The translations under genes were made by a program, and so were the position numbers. Positions 51,004-64,000 of a stretch of 64,000 nt of DNA are shown here, one piece after another. The stretch is from Squalus acanthias (taxonomy: Eukaryota). The notes under the pieces were generated by a model. The model made no database searches. It was not told the origin of the DNA and saw only the letters and a list, made by a program, of their open reading frames with translations. Position 1 is the first letter of the stretch. Each line of letters opens with the position of its first letter. The stretch spans positions 73,470,001 through 73,534,000 of the forward strand of contig CM059430.1 in assembly GCA_030390025.1 (NCBI GenBank), written 5' to 3'.

Positions 51004-52474
51004 GCGACAAGTGCCAGGCAATGACTTTCTCCAACAAGAGAGAGTCATAGAACCGCATGTTGTCATTCAATTGCACGTCGAGTCACCAACCATCAACATC
51101 CTGGTGGTCAACATTGACGTGGAACTTACCTAGACCAGCCAACTAAATACTGTGGCTGCAACCGAAGTTCCAATACCGGTTAATCTAGGGCGAGTCTCTC
51201 ACCTCCAGCCTCCCCTAAGGCATTCCACCATTTACAAGGCACGAGTCAGGGGTGAGGCAAAATACTCATCACGTGCCTGGATCAGTGCAGCTCCAACAAC
51301 ACTCAAGTGCTCGACACCATCCATGACAAAGCAGCCTGCTTGATTGGCAACCCATACGTCACCTTAAACATTCACTCCCTCCACGACTAGCGCACCTTGG
51401 CTGCACTGTGCACCATCTACAAGATTCACTGTAGCAACTCGCCAAGTGTTCTTCGACAGCATCTCCCAAACCCGCGATCTCTCACAACTAGAAGGTTAAG
51501 GGGAATAGGCGCAACTCCAAGTCCCGGTCCAAGTCATACACCATCCTGGCTTGAAATATATCGCCAAAACTACATCGTCGCTGGGGGAAAAACCTGGAAT
51601 TTTCTCCCGAATAGCATTTTGGAAGTAGCTTCTCGACACGGACTGAAGCGATTCAAGAAGGCTGCTGGCCGTCACATTCTAAAAGGCAGTCAGAAATGGG
51701 CAATTATTGCTCGCCTTACCAGCGATGCACACGTCCCATGAACGAATTAAAAAATGTTTAGTATGAATCACATTAAATTTAGACTGGAGAAAGGACTTGA
51801 GAAATTTAAGTGATTCGAACAAGATTAGGACTTTAGATATTGCTGTGAGGGTCAGCAGGGGCCGTTGAAGTTTAAGACGGAGATGTGGTAAAGGAAACCA
51901 TGTTCTTGAATTAATACTGTCGTTGAAATCCCATAAAATGAATGACTGACATCGATATGAAACAACCTAATACTGACATTAAAAAAGGGACATCTACCTT
52001 TGAGAATCACTCATGGTGGCAAACGGTCTCGAATGCTGGTCAGCATCCTTGTTCCCATATCATGTCTATATGTCTTTTATGATTACTCAAGCTACGATAA
52101 AATGAGTCTTAAAAATCATTATGGTGTGCTGCCTGAGAGGTATGCATAAATATCTTGGTCAACCTCCCAATAGCTTTGAGTTAGCGCCCATTTTGCAGAG
52201 GGATAAGATAAAACTAAGTCCTCATTATCCTGTCGTTGCAAAACAAAGAAGGGACATTGACGTCTGAAAGATGCTATCTTGTTATTCACTCGAAATCTGC
52301 GATCATGTGTAATAAAGCGCTCTTAATATTTGTCAAATTTTTATTCATTTAAATAATTTTTAGTATTAGGTTTTCCCAAAAGCATTTCCTTGCTAAGGTT
52401 GGGCGAATTATAGTTACATTTTAGACTTCATTTGAATTAGAAAAGTGAATGATGCTTAGGCTGGGATGTATTTA

Positions 52475-52945
52475 CACTTAGAATTTCGTCAGTTCAAGGT
52501 CTACGGCATGAGCTTTTAACCGCAAAAATAACGAAGCTTGTACTTGTGCTAAAAATGGAAATAAGTGAATCTGGTTAATTACATTTAAGTACGGAGTGGC
52601 GACCCTATGATTGGGTAGAATGAGGAGAGTATTGGAGAAAACATGATTGGATGAATTTTCCACCTATTTGATTTTTGTTTTTTCTCCTCGGAAAATTGAA
52701 CGCCTCTCAGTCTGGAGTATTGAACTGAGGGACCGAGGGCCGACAGCAGAGTGTGCTTGGAACTGATTTGCATCTTCCACCAAGGGACAACGGGTAATAT
52801 ACTTTTCAACGGTGCCTTGTAAATTGTTGTTTAAACAATGTAATACATTGATTCAGCCTGCACCTAAATAAAAGTCAAAGCCAATACCAATATGGTGTCA
52901 GCGTCGAACAATTGAACAGACTGTCCTAAGTGGCGATAGCTGGGA
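52475..52945 (+). other. Non-TE segment paralogous to 36465-37705; possible decayed V exon
   Basis: Same colinear matches; plus-strand fragments FKVY, EYWRK and PRDNG*Y. Confidence 0.45.
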
Positions 52946-52949
52946 GGTT

Positions 52950-53330
52950 GATACATAAATAATAGAATGATAGATCCAATGATAGATGATAGACAGTTAG
53001 ATAAATAACGGATAGATGTTTTAATCTTGATAGATAGGGGGAAGATAGTTGATATATAAATGATAGATAGTATACTGAATATTAGAGAGTAAAATAGACA
53101 TACCGATAGCTGAGGTATAAACAGTTAAATAATAGATAGATACAGAGATAAATATATATATATAGTCAGAAAAAAGATAGTTATAGAGAAAATGAATGAT
53201 AAAACGGTTAAAACATAGGTAGATATATGATATCTATATAGATATCTAGATGGATGATGGTCAGATAGATAGACAAGATAGATAGATAGTAATTGATGGA
53301 TGGTCGATGACAGATAGACAGATAAAATCT
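52950..53330 (+). repeat. Degenerate (GATA)n microsatellite
   Basis: Repeated GATA/GACA/TATA units. Confidence 0.9.
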
Positions 53331-54606
53331 ATGAAGCTAGATTGGCAGACATGCAGAAAATGCAGCATCATATATTTGCATGAGTTGGCGACAGCTCAGC
53401 GGTTCTTGCGATCACCAACATATTTTAGTAATTTGATTCAAATTTAAATAATGGGTCTCAAAATGATGCGTGACACTGCCAGTCAGCAAGCCGAATACCG
53501 CTCTGGATTAAACTCCAACTCTCCAGGTACATTTCCACTTGCTGCCTGGCGGAAACCTGGTATTGAGGATGGGTCACCATTTTCAACATTTCTAGCATCT
53601 GCTGTACCTTGGAGTTTGTCCAATTGTTCCATGAGTAAAATGTAATAACGTAAAAGCATAGTCTTTAGATAGTGTGGGATTAATTTTATAACAGTTTATT
53701 GCCGAAATATATGTTAATTGAATTCCCTTGTACATGCGCTATGCACGTTCTTCGTTCATTTTAATGTCTGTTTTTCCTATCAATGCATTTCTGACTTCAC
53801 TAATTATTTCCGCTGCATTGTCTCAAACTCGTTCAACCACTTTGAGATTGGTTAATGAAACGTCTTAGTAAAACAGCGAAAATTATAACGTCACTTGGTG
53901 TAAAGATGATCTGGAGATTGAGTTTAGGTTAAAATTGAAGTCAAAAATTTGCGCAGTGTTTATGGAGGCTGGTTGACCATTTGGTGGGCCCATCTTTCTT
54001 TGTTACCATATGCCCTATTCCAGCAAAGGTCATACCACAGCGGTCAAGGATGGAGACGCTGGCATTTAAATTGCAATCAGTGGCATCGCTCCGGAGTAAG
54101 CCTCCGACATGCCAAACACATAAGAATTAAGTCCAGTTCTCTAGATTGCAAAGATTTGCAATCTCGCTAGCGCTAAAGGGGTGCTAATGCATTAGGACCA
54201 GGGCGAGGGGAATCCAGCGCCACATGGCAAATCCGGTTCCACCGTTGCGCCGCCGGTACAATGTACATCGGAGACTTCAATGCCAGACAAATCATGGCAT
54301 CAGGGCCGCCCGATATGCGAAATGAATTTTCGCCACGTATCTTAGCAACTCGAGCAGACAGTGACAGGGAGAGGAGGCGTCAAGCAGGGCGAAGCCGGCT
54401 CCAGGGATGTTACTTAAAGGGATCATGAGCAATGAGTCCCAGTTGTCAGGTTAGTCGAGTTTCAGTGCTTTCTTGTCAGTTTGACATTCTGCAAAAGTTT
54501 AATTCAGTAATTTAAAGGTTCTTCTGTATCGTGAGTGCTGTGGTAACAATTTTTTTTACACATTTATTGTTTAAAAATACCTAAGTGCTACACTTGGCTT
54601 ATATTA

Positions 54607-55798
54607 ATGGGGGCTGTAATGGCAGTCGAACCCGCCCTCCAGGACCGACGGCAGGGAGAGCGGAGGCAGTGAGAAATACTGGAATATGTGGCCAGAGGGA
54701 GGACGAGGGCCATCAGAGATCTCAATAGTAGGTCTTATTCTCTGAAGGTCTTCCGAGAGTAATTCCACCTCCAATTAAGTAAGGAGCAGTGTATTAGAAG
54801 GCTCCACATCACAAAGGAAGTGGTCAAAGAACACTGTCACCTCCTGCAACAAGACCTCCAGCCTCAAATCACTGCGACCACGGCTATCTCAGTGGCAATA
54901 AAGGTCACATGCACCTTCAATTTCTTCGCCAGTGGATCCTTCCAGTCTGCAACAGGAGACATAGCTGCTATCTCGCAGTTCGCCGTCCATTGCGTATCCG
55001 AGAGGTCACTGAAGCTCTCTACAGTAGGAGATGGAGTTACATTTCCTTCCCCATCACCAGAGACAATCAGGACAAGCGTGCATGTGTCTTTTTCAGGCTA
55101 GGTTGATTTCCCATGGTGCAGGGCGCCATTGACTGCACCCACGTGGCTTTGCGGGCACGCCATAACAATCCTGAGATCTGCCGTGACCGGAAAGTCTACC
55201 ACTCAATTAAAGTGCAGTTAATGAGCAACCACACCCAGCCAATCCTCAATACGAATGGCCGCTATCGTGGAAGCAGCCGCGATGCCATCATCCTGTGCCA
55301 GGCCTGTGTGCCAGCACTCTTCCAGCCACAACGTCAAGCTCATGGTGGCTGCTTAGAGACGAGGGCAATCCGCTACATACCTGGCTCATGACTCCTCTTT
55401 GCAACACCAAAACTGCTGCCCTGCACATATATAATGACAGCTATGCTGTGAACAGGAACATTATCGAGCAGAACATTGAGGTGCTCAATCCACGGTTCCG
55501 CTGCCTTGAGCGCTCTGGAGGAGCCCTGTGGTACTCGGCTGAGAGGGTGTCACATTTCGGTTTGGTCTGCCGCATGCTCCAAAACTAGGCCATAATGAAG
55601 GCCCATCCCTTGCCGCCAGGGATTGCGGGAAAACCTCAGGAGGAGGAAGATGGAGAGGAGGAGAAGGGGGAGGATGAGAAGAAAGAGGAAAATTAGGAGG
55701 ACGAGGAGCCGGAACAGGAGCGAGGGAGGAGGTAACCACTGAATCGGCCTTCCGGAAGAGAAGTCCGCAATCGCCTCATCAGACTCCAGTTCCAATGA
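54607..55798 (+). pseudogene. Harbinger DDE transposase (HARBI1-like), fragmented
   Basis: NFFASGSFQ, QGAIDCTHV, RKVYHSIKVQ, GSSRDAIIL, WLLRDEGNPL, RNIIEQ..RFRCL motifs with frameshifts. Confidence 0.93.
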
Positions 55799-56399
55799 AT
55801 TAAAACCCAGATCCCTGTTGCTCATCACATCCCCATCATTCCATCCCTTTTGCATGGCATATCACAGTGCAAAGTTGAAATGAGGGACACCACAAAATAA
55901 TCCAAGCTTAATTAATAAATGTATCAATAATAAGTGACCACATATAAACAAGAACAATATTAACAACTCAGGCTTGTGCAACACCCTTAGTTTCTCTCCT
56001 TACTGTGCCTTTTCCTATTCTAGTGCTCCGATGAATTGTTCGCCCAGTGGCTGCAGCAGGGTTGCTGGAAGTTGAGACTTGAGATGGCCCGGCAGTACTC
56101 CCTCCACCAGCTTTGAGACTGGAAGGCCCGCCTGTAGACTGCACCACCTCAGCATGAGTGGCAGCAGGCTGGGCTGGCTGGAGAACAGGCAGCGACAAGC
56201 GCAATTCCAGAGTGGCAGTTTTGGCAACAGGAATGCTGTCATCCTGAGAGAGCACAGCAGGCTCCTAATCCACTGACCGACTGCCACTCCCCCGGGGAAG
56301 CATCTCAGCATCCGTAGCAATCTGTTGGAGCAACGATTGCTGCCCTGCTGTGGCATTGTGAAAGCCCCGGTAAATCGTGGAGGATTCAGACATGATGCA

Positions 56400-56830
56400 A
56401 CACGGTGGCATAGTGGTTAGCACTGGTGCCTCACAGCGCCAGGGACCCGGGTTCGAATCTGGCCTCGGGTGACTGTCTGTGTGGAGTTTGCACATTCTCC
56501 CCGTGTTAGCGTGGGGGTGCTCCGGTTTCCTCCCACAGTGAAAAATGTGCGGGTTAGGTTGATTTGGCTATGATAAATTGACCCTTAGTGTTAGGGGGGG
56601 ATTAAATATTTGGGGTTACAGGGATAGGATGGGATATGTTTCGGGGAATTAAATATGTGGGGTTACGGGGATAGGGTGGGATATGTGTCGGTGAAGGCTC
56701 GATGGGGATTCTGTGTGAGAAAGCAGGGACAGGGTACTGGATTTGGATGATCAGCCATGATCGTATTGAATGGTGGAGCAGGATCGACGGGCCGAATGGC
56801 CTACTCCTGCTCCTAGTTTCTATGTTACTA
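56400..56830 (+). mobile_element. V-SINE (HE1-like) with CR1-derived tail
   Basis: A/B boxes, V-domain, internally duplicated GGGGTTAC..GGATAGG unit, and the same tail as family A CR1. Confidence 0.9.
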
Positions 56831-58285
56831 ATCAGTCAGAACTTGCGTTACATCAAGCTGAGACTGCATGAATGCAGTCTGAGATTGATTGCCACCAAAA
56901 ATTGAATGCATTATATCACTAAGATGTTGCGTCACTTTCATTTGTGCTTCAGTGGAAGCTGCAAGATCGCCCATCACACCTGTCATCAGGTTTGGTACAC
57001 CACGGTCTCTCTGGGGTCTCTCTGGGCGTTTACCATCCTTTGCAGACTGGAAATGATCGCCTCAGTGGTGCGCACAGAGCCACGTGCAATGCTGAAGGTG
57101 GACTTCTCCACGCTACTTATCATTTTAGAGAAGCTCTCGGGCGCCCTTGTCATTGCACCTATCATCACCGTGTGAATGCCCATAACCGTTCTTCTAAATT
57201 ATTCCCCATCGAGGTCCACATCTGAGTCCTATGGATAAGAACTCGCTCGTGATCTCGCCCTCAAGTGGGGGTTGGTCCCTGAGCTACCCTTTGCCCCAGG
57301 CCTTGCTGCAAAAGACACGTCTCCGGTGATACACCCTGTGCTATTTCCGTTACTAGCCTGTAAAGAAGACGTCATGCCAATATCTGAGCTGGCGCCGGTG
57401 AGTGAGACATGCAGTGACGTGGTGTGTTCTTCCTCCTCCTCTTCTCCTGCTTCGGACTCAATGGTGCCCTCAGGGACGGGCTGCTTATGGGCTTGCTGAT
57501 TAACTGAAAGCATAAAGGCACAAGAGTCGGGTTAAGATGAACGGAGCGGGCAGCAAGTGAAAAATGCATGCATACAGCATGATTAGTTGGAAAGTTCGAA
57601 ACGCTTGTGGGGTGAGGGGTAAGTGGGATGTGAGAAGAAGTAGTCGGGATGAACATACCTTTGTTGTCCCCAAGGGGATCAACATCGCCGGCGGCCATGG
57701 CGCCCGGCACCTGGAGCCCAGTTATTTGCAAAACACTGTCCTCCAACTGAGACAGTGTTTAGGGTGTTGGCTTGTCCCTATCCTGTGCGCTCCTGCTCCC
57801 TCCTGTTGAGTGCCAACTTGGCCTTCAAGATAAATGGAAGTGTGTGACTGCGTGTGAAGAAATGTGTTTGGGGAATGTGTCTGCCATAGTTGAATAGCTG
57901 ACATTGTGTGTAAGGTGTGAGATGTGGGTGTGATTGTTGGTGGTCAGAGATTGTTGGTGGGTGGTGTGGTTCTTTGGGCAGTGTGTGAAGACTATGGTTC
58001 GGATAGTGGTATGCAGCATTTGTGGAAGTTTTTACGCACCCTGATCAGCCGAGAGAGGTAGTTAAATTTATTCCTGCAATGTGTGTGGGTCCTGGGGAAC
58101 ACAGTGCTGCGCAAGACGAGCTGGGCTACCATCCTCCAAATGGTGTAGAGGACTTGCGGCGAGGGCATCCTGCCACTTTTTGGGTACTGCACTGCCCTGC
58201 CTCTCTCCATAGCAAACACCAATACTTCCAATGCTTGATCGCAGAGTCTGCGGGCTCTCTCCCTCGGGCATGGATCTTAGTTACT

Positions 58286-61200
58286 TTTCGTTTATGGGAT
58301 GTGGGCGTCGCTGGAAAGAGCAGCATTTAAAGCGCAACATTAATTGCCCTTGAGAAGGTGGTGGTGAGCTGCCTTCTCAGAAAGCTTCAGTCCATGAGGT
58401 GAAGATACTCCCACAGAGCACTTGTGCAGGGAGTTCCAGGATTTGGACCCAGCGACGATGAAGTATCGGCGATATACTTCTAAGTCAGGATGGTGCGTGA
58501 CTTGGAGGGGGACTTGGAGGTGGTGGTGTTCCCGTGCACCTGTTGCCCTCATGCACATGCTGCCCTTGTCCTTCTAGGTGGAGGAACTCGCGGGTTTGAG
58601 AGGTGCTACCGAAGTAGCCTTGTCGAGTTGCTGCAGTGCATCTTATAGACGGTACTAATTGCAGCCACGGTACTCCGGTTGTGGTGAAAGTGATTGTTTA
58701 ATGTGGTGGATGGGGTGCCAATCAAGCGGGCTGCTTTGTCCTGGATGATGTCGAGCTTTTTGAGTGTTGTTGGAGCTTCAATCATTCAGACAAGTGTATA
58801 ATATTCCATCACACTCCTTACTTGTGCCTTATCGATGGTGGAAAGGCTTCGGTGAGTCAGGAGGTGAGACACTCGCCGCAGAATACGTAGCCTCTGACCT
58901 GCTCTATTTGCCACTGTATTTATGTGGCTGGTACAGTTAAGTTTCTTGTCAATGGTGACCCCCAGGATGTTGATGGTGGGGGATTCGGCGATGGTAATGC
59001 CGTTGAATGTCAAGGGTTAGAATCTTGTTTGTTGAAGATAGTGATTGCCTGGCACTTCTGTGGCGCGAATGTTAACTGCCACTTATCAGCACAAGCCTGA
59101 ATGTCATCCAGGTATTGTTGCATGCGGGCATGGAATGCTTCATTATCTGAGGACTTGGAAATGGTGCTGAACACTGTGCAGTCATCAGCGAACATCTCAA
59201 TTTCTGACTTTATGTTGGAGAGAATGTCGTTTAAGCAGCAGCTGAGGATGTTTGGGCATAGGGCACTGCTCTGAGGAACTCTTGCAGCGTTGTCCTGGGG
59301 CTTTAATGATTGACCTTCAACCACCACAACCAGCTTCCTTTGCTAGGTATGACTCCAGGCTGTGGAGCGTTTTCCCCCCGATTCACATTGACTTCAGTTT
59401 TACTCGGTCTCCTTGATGCCACACTCGGTCAATTGCAGCCTTGATGTCAAGGGCAGTCACTCTCACCTCACCTCTGGAATTCGGCTCCTTTTTTCAAGTT
59501 TGGACCAGGGCTGTAATGAGGTCGGGAGCCGAGTGATCTTGACGGAACCCAAACTATGCAAGAGTGAGCTGTTTATTGATGAGTAAGTGCTGCTTGATAG
59601 CACTGTTGATGACACCTTCCATCACTTTGCTGATGATTGAGAATAGACTGATGGGGTGGTAATTGGCCGGAAATAAATTGTCCTGCTTTTTGTGGACAGG
59701 AAATAACTGGGCAGTTTTCCACATTGTCGGATAGATGCCAGTGTTGTAGCTTTACTGGAACAGCTTGGCTAGAGGCATGGCTAGTTCTGGCACACAAGTC
59801 TTTAGCACGATAGCAGGGATGTTTTCGGCGATCATAGCCTTTGCTGTATCGAGTGCGCTCAACCGTTTCTTGATAACACGTGGAGCGAATGGAATTGGCT
59901 GAAGACTGGCTTCTGTGATGGTGGGGACCTCAGGAATAGGCCAATCTATATCATCGACTCGGCACTTCTGGCTGAAGATGGTTACAAACACTTCAGCCTT
60001 GTCGTTCGCACTCAAGTGCTGGGCTCCACCATTATTGATGTTGGGGATATTCATGGAGCATCATCCTCCAATTAGTTGTTTAATGGTCCATCACCATTCA
60101 CGACTGGAGGTGGCAGGACTGCAGAGTGTTGATCTGATCCGTTGATTGTGGGATCGCTTAGCCCTGTCGATATTCTGCTGCTTCCGCTTTTTAGCTTGCA
60201 TGTAGTCCTGTGTTGCAACTTCCCCAGGTTGGTCCCTCCATTTTAGGAACGCATGTTGCTGCTCCTGGAATGATCTTCTACACTCCTTATTGAAAAAGTG
60301 TTGGATCCAATGGCTTGATGTTAATGGTAGAGTAGGGGATTTGCCGGACGATAAGGTTACAGATTGTAGTGGAATACAATTCTGCTGCGGCTGATAGCCC
60401 ACTGCGCCTCATGGATGCCCAGTTTAGAGCTGCTAGTTCTGTTTTCAATCTATCCCATTTAGCACGGTGGTTGTGCCATACAACACACTGGAAGGTTTCG
60501 TTTGTGTGAAGACGGCTCTTCGTCTCGACAATGACTCTGCAGTGGTCACTGCGACCAATACTGTCATGGACAGGTGCATCTGCGACAGATAGATTGGTGA
60601 GGACTAGGACAAGTAGGTTTTTCCCTCATGTTGGTTCTCTCACCACCTGTCGCAGACCCAGACTGACAGCTATGTCCTGCAGGACTCGGCCAGCTCGGTT
60701 AGGCGTGCTGGTACCGAGCCACTCTTGTTGATGGACATTGAAGTCCCTCAGCCACAATACATTCTGTGCCCTTGCTACTCACAGTGCTTCTTCCATGAGG
60801 TGCTCAACATGGAGGAGTACAGAGTCATCAGATGAGGGAGGGCGGTATGTCATAGTCAACAGGAGCTTTCCTTGCCCATGCTTGACTTGAAGCCATGAGA
60901 ATTCATGGGGTCCGAAATAAATGTTAAGCGCTCAGAGGGCCACTCCTTCCGGACTGGATACCACTGTGCCGCCACCCCTGGTGCGTCTCTCCTGCCGGCG
61001 GGGCAGGACATAACCAGGAATCTAGATGGACGAATCTGGGACATTGGCTGAAAAGTCTGATTCTGTGAGTATGAATATGTCAGCCTGTTGTTTGACTGGT
61101 CTGTGCGACAGATCTGACAATTTTGGCACAATTCCCCAGATGTTGGTGAGGGGGAATTATCAGGCTCGACTGGGCTGGTTGTGCCATTACTCTTTCCGTA

Positions 61201-61448
61201 GCCAGTGCGGACTACGATGCCGGGTGTTCCGTCCAGTTTCATTCTTATTATTGTGTTTCGTAGCGGTTTGTTACAACTGAGTGGCTTGCTAGGCCATTTC
61301 AGATGGCATTTAAAAGTCAACCACATTGCCGTGTGTCAAGTGTCACATATAGGCCATGACAAGTAATTACAGCAGATTTCCTTCCTTGAAGGACATTAAT
61401 GAACCAGATGAGATTTTACAGCAATCCGATAGTTTCATGGCCGCCATC
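58286..61448 (-). mobile_element. CR1-group family B LINE, near-complete ORF2 plus 5' leader
   Basis: APE N-terminus near 61150 through RT (MFADDCT) to the 3' end; ACT at both junctions. Confidence 0.9.
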
Positions 61449-61819
61449 ACTATCTGCCATCAATAGTGCTGCTTGAGATATCCAGCTTCTTTTGCTTGAT
61501 CTGCTGCTGCTTGCTGATGCAGCTGCACAGCCTGCAATACTGAGATTCCGGTGCTGCAGCATCATGAACCTTCCCTTTATGAACTGGTAACAGCCTGCAG
61601 CAATAATGACTTGCGATTAAACCACGCCTGATATTGGTCAAGCCTTTGAGACTAACACCAATGAAGTGGGGCTTTAACGCTTGAGTTAATGCTCCAATCA
61701 TTTCTTTGAGCAATAGCAGGAATTCTGTGTGCAGTCTCAAGTAATAGCGCCCGTTGCTAAATCTCAAAATTTTCAAAATATAATGCCCATTACTGGCCTA
61801 TTATGAATTTCTAGCCCCT

Positions 61820-64000
61820 GCGCTTTATTCTACCTCCTCTTTATCAATTTTATCCAATCCAGTATCTCAGCTACTTTCTCTTTAAATATGACATTTGCAA
61901 CATCTTCTTCCTTGATAAAGGCAGATGCAAAGTATTCATTTAAAATCTCAGCCATGACCTCTACCTCCATGCGGAGATCTCCTTTTTGTACCCTGATCGG
62001 TCCCACCCCTCCTCTTACTGCATGTTTACTATTTATGCGCTTACAGAAGACTTTTGGACGCCGTTTTCTGTTAGCTGCCAATCTATTCTCATATTCACTC
62101 TTTGACCCTCTAATTTCCCTTTTCACTTCCCTTCTCATCTTTCTATATTCTGCCTGGATCTTACTTGTATTCTCAACCTGACATCTGTCACACGTCCCCA
62201 TTTTCTGCTTCATCTTACTCTCTACCTCTTTCATTACCGAGGGAGATCTGGCTTTGGTTGCCTTACCTTTCCCCCTCGTGGGTATGTGCCTCGAATGTAA
62301 CTGAACCATCTCCACTTTAAAGGGAGCCTTTTGTTCGATTACAATTTTGCCTGCCAATATTTGATTGCAATTTACCTGGGCCTGATCCATTCTCAACACA
62401 CGCAAATGGCCTTCCTATAATCAAGGATTTTTACTCTAGATTGCTCCCTGTCCTTTTCCATTGCTAATCTAAATGTTATGATACTATGATCACTGTTCCC
62501 TAAATAGCCCCCAGTGGCACTTGCTCCACTTGATTCACCTCATTCCCCAGAACCAGATCCAGCAATGCTTCCTTCCTCGTTGAGACGGATACATACCAAT
62601 CAAAAAAAGCTCTCCTGAACGCAGTTCAGAAATTTTTCTGCCTCTCCGCACATTACACAGTTTCTATTCTGGTCTATATTAGGATAGTTGCAGTCGCCCA
62701 TTATCTCTACTCCATAGTTCTTCAGCTCTCTGTAATTTCCCTGCAAATGCTCCTCTATATCCTTCCCACTAGTGGCTGGCCTATAGAATACACATAGTAG
62801 TTTAATGGCACCTCTATATCTTCTTACCTCTCACCAAATGGATTCTGGACCTCACCCCTCAAGGATACCCCCTCTCTCCAGCACTTTAATATTCCCAAAA
62901 TCAAAACTGCCCCCCCTCACCGATGTTCTTCCTTTCCGTCCCTATCTTTCCTAAACACTTTATATGCTGAGGTATGTAGTACCCAATCCTGACCTTTTTT
63001 GAGCCACGTCTCCATTTTCGCCACGACATCATATTCACATGTTCCTATTTGCATCTGACGCCCACGAACCCTATTTACCACGCTTCGTGCGTTTACACAC
63101 ATGCAAACCTATGTTAGACCTGCTTGTCGTCTCTCTTATTCTGACCGGACCTCATACCGTTTAATTTCTAACTCTAGTGCTATTAGTCTCTCCCAATCCT
63201 TTGTGCACCTTGTTTCTCCGTTATATTGCTGCATCCTGGTGCTCATTACCCCGCAAAATTAGTTTAATCCCTTCCCAACTGCACTATCAAGCTGCCACCC
63301 CCCGCAACCCACCCCCGCGACGACGTTCGTCCTAGCTCTGTTGAAGTGAAACCCGTCCGGACTGTACAATTCCCAACTCTCCCTGAAACGGTCCCAATGT
63401 CCCAGGAATCTAAATCCCTCTCTCCTGCAACTTCGCTCCATCAACGCATTCATCTTCTCTATCCTTCTATTTCTATATTCACACGCTCGTGGCATTTGGA
63501 GCAATCCTGAAATTACTAATTATGACAGTCCTTCTTACTAATCTCTTTCCTCGTTCCCTAAAATATGTTTGCAGTACCTCTTCCCTCTTTCTATTTATGT
63601 CATTGATGCCGATGTGGACCACGACCTCTTGCTGTTCACTATACCCCCCAGGATGTCCTGCAGCTGCTTAGTGACACTTTTGTCCCTGGCAGCAGGGAGG
63701 CAACATACCATCCCGGAATCACGTCTGCGGCCGCAGAGATGCCTGTCTGTTCCCCTAAATACTGAATACCCCATCACTATTGCTTTCACAATATTCCTTC
63801 GCCCCCCCCCCCCTCTCCCCACAAACATCCCGCTCTGTACAGCTGAGGCACCCTACGTGCCGGGGATTTGGATCTGGCTGGTGAGATGCACTCAGGAGAC
63901 TCCTACATTATCTGTCTGGTTCACCTTGTCTGTCTGGCAGTCACCCATTCTCTCTCTGCCTGCACACTGTTAAGCTACGGGGTGAGCTCCTCCTGGAACG
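61820..64000 (-). mobile_element. CR1 LINE 5' half (ORF1 esterase plus ORF2 endonuclease), decayed
   Basis: AIVMGYSVFRGTDR, VCCLPAAR, FRFLGHW..DGFHFN; CVNARSV, ETWL; EILNEYFASAF. Confidence 0.88.

Larger units (their letters stand above)
46505..51755 (+). mobile_element. CR1-group family B LINE hosting two nested CR1s
   Basis: IQTWADKWQLT breaks at ~47036 and resumes at ~51005 (CAAGTGCCAGGCAATGAC). Confidence 0.8.
55968..61460 (-). pseudogene. Harbinger Myb/SANT-like DNA-binding gene, spliced and decayed
   Basis: Exon 1 MADS|N*DPCPRERARRLCDQALEVLV...IWRMVA...RTHTHCRNKFNYL (LINE inserted at codon 4; donor at 58039). Exon 2 ~57658-57823 AKLALNRREQERTG*G. Exon 3 from ~57504 with an acidic run. 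Confidence 0.85.
53907..61818. mobile_element. Decayed autonomous PIF/Harbinger transposon (two convergent genes) with nested SINE and LINE
   Basis: Transposase (+) and Myb/SANT gene (-); right terminus GAATTTCTAGCCCC at 61805-61818; left terminus is only a weak match near 53907. Confidence 0.8.

Noticed and set aside
51996-52020. Perfect Kozak GCCACCATG followed by MSDSQ and AG|GTAGAT on the minus strand
   Set aside because: Weak donor, only five codons, and no downstream exon identified; likely chance.
54607-55798. Domesticated HARBI1 host gene
   Set aside because: Multiple frameshifts and stops, plus a convergent Myb partner and a terminus, indicate a decayed transposon.
1-64000. CRISPR arrays, operons, true tRNA or rRNA genes
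   Set aside because: The window is vertebrate-type repeat DNA. No regularly spaced repeat-spacer array was seen, and the tRNA-like boxes belong to SINE heads.

Overview
This is eukaryotic, repeat-dense DNA, most likely from a cartilaginous fish: it carries HE1-like V-SINEs, several CR1-group LINE families, a Penelope element and PIF/Harbinger elements. No intact protein-coding gene was found. The main non-repeat feature is a minus-strand immunoglobulin-superfamily receptor pseudogene that does not rearrange. Its exons are a leader (13014-13080), a germline-joined VJ-type V exon (12509-12833, 1-nt frameshift), a C1-set exon (5006-5311, two stops), a probable TM exon (~4564-4820) and a probable ITIM-bearing last exon (956-1029). 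Two mutually homologous plus-strand segments (~36.5-37.7 kb and ~52.5-52.9 kb) may be further, much more decayed leader+V units, which would suggest a receptor-gene graveyard. Mobile DNA includes a decayed two-gene Harbinger (transposase plus Myb/SANT gene), GG...CC-ended MITEs with AWT target duplications that stack end to end, and a pol-less LTR element with a tRNA-Leu PBS and an Env-like C-terminus. It also includes a Penelope element with a minimal hammerhead ribozyme and multi-level nested LINEs. There is one assembly gap (10453-10734). All family names come from motif recognition, not database searches.
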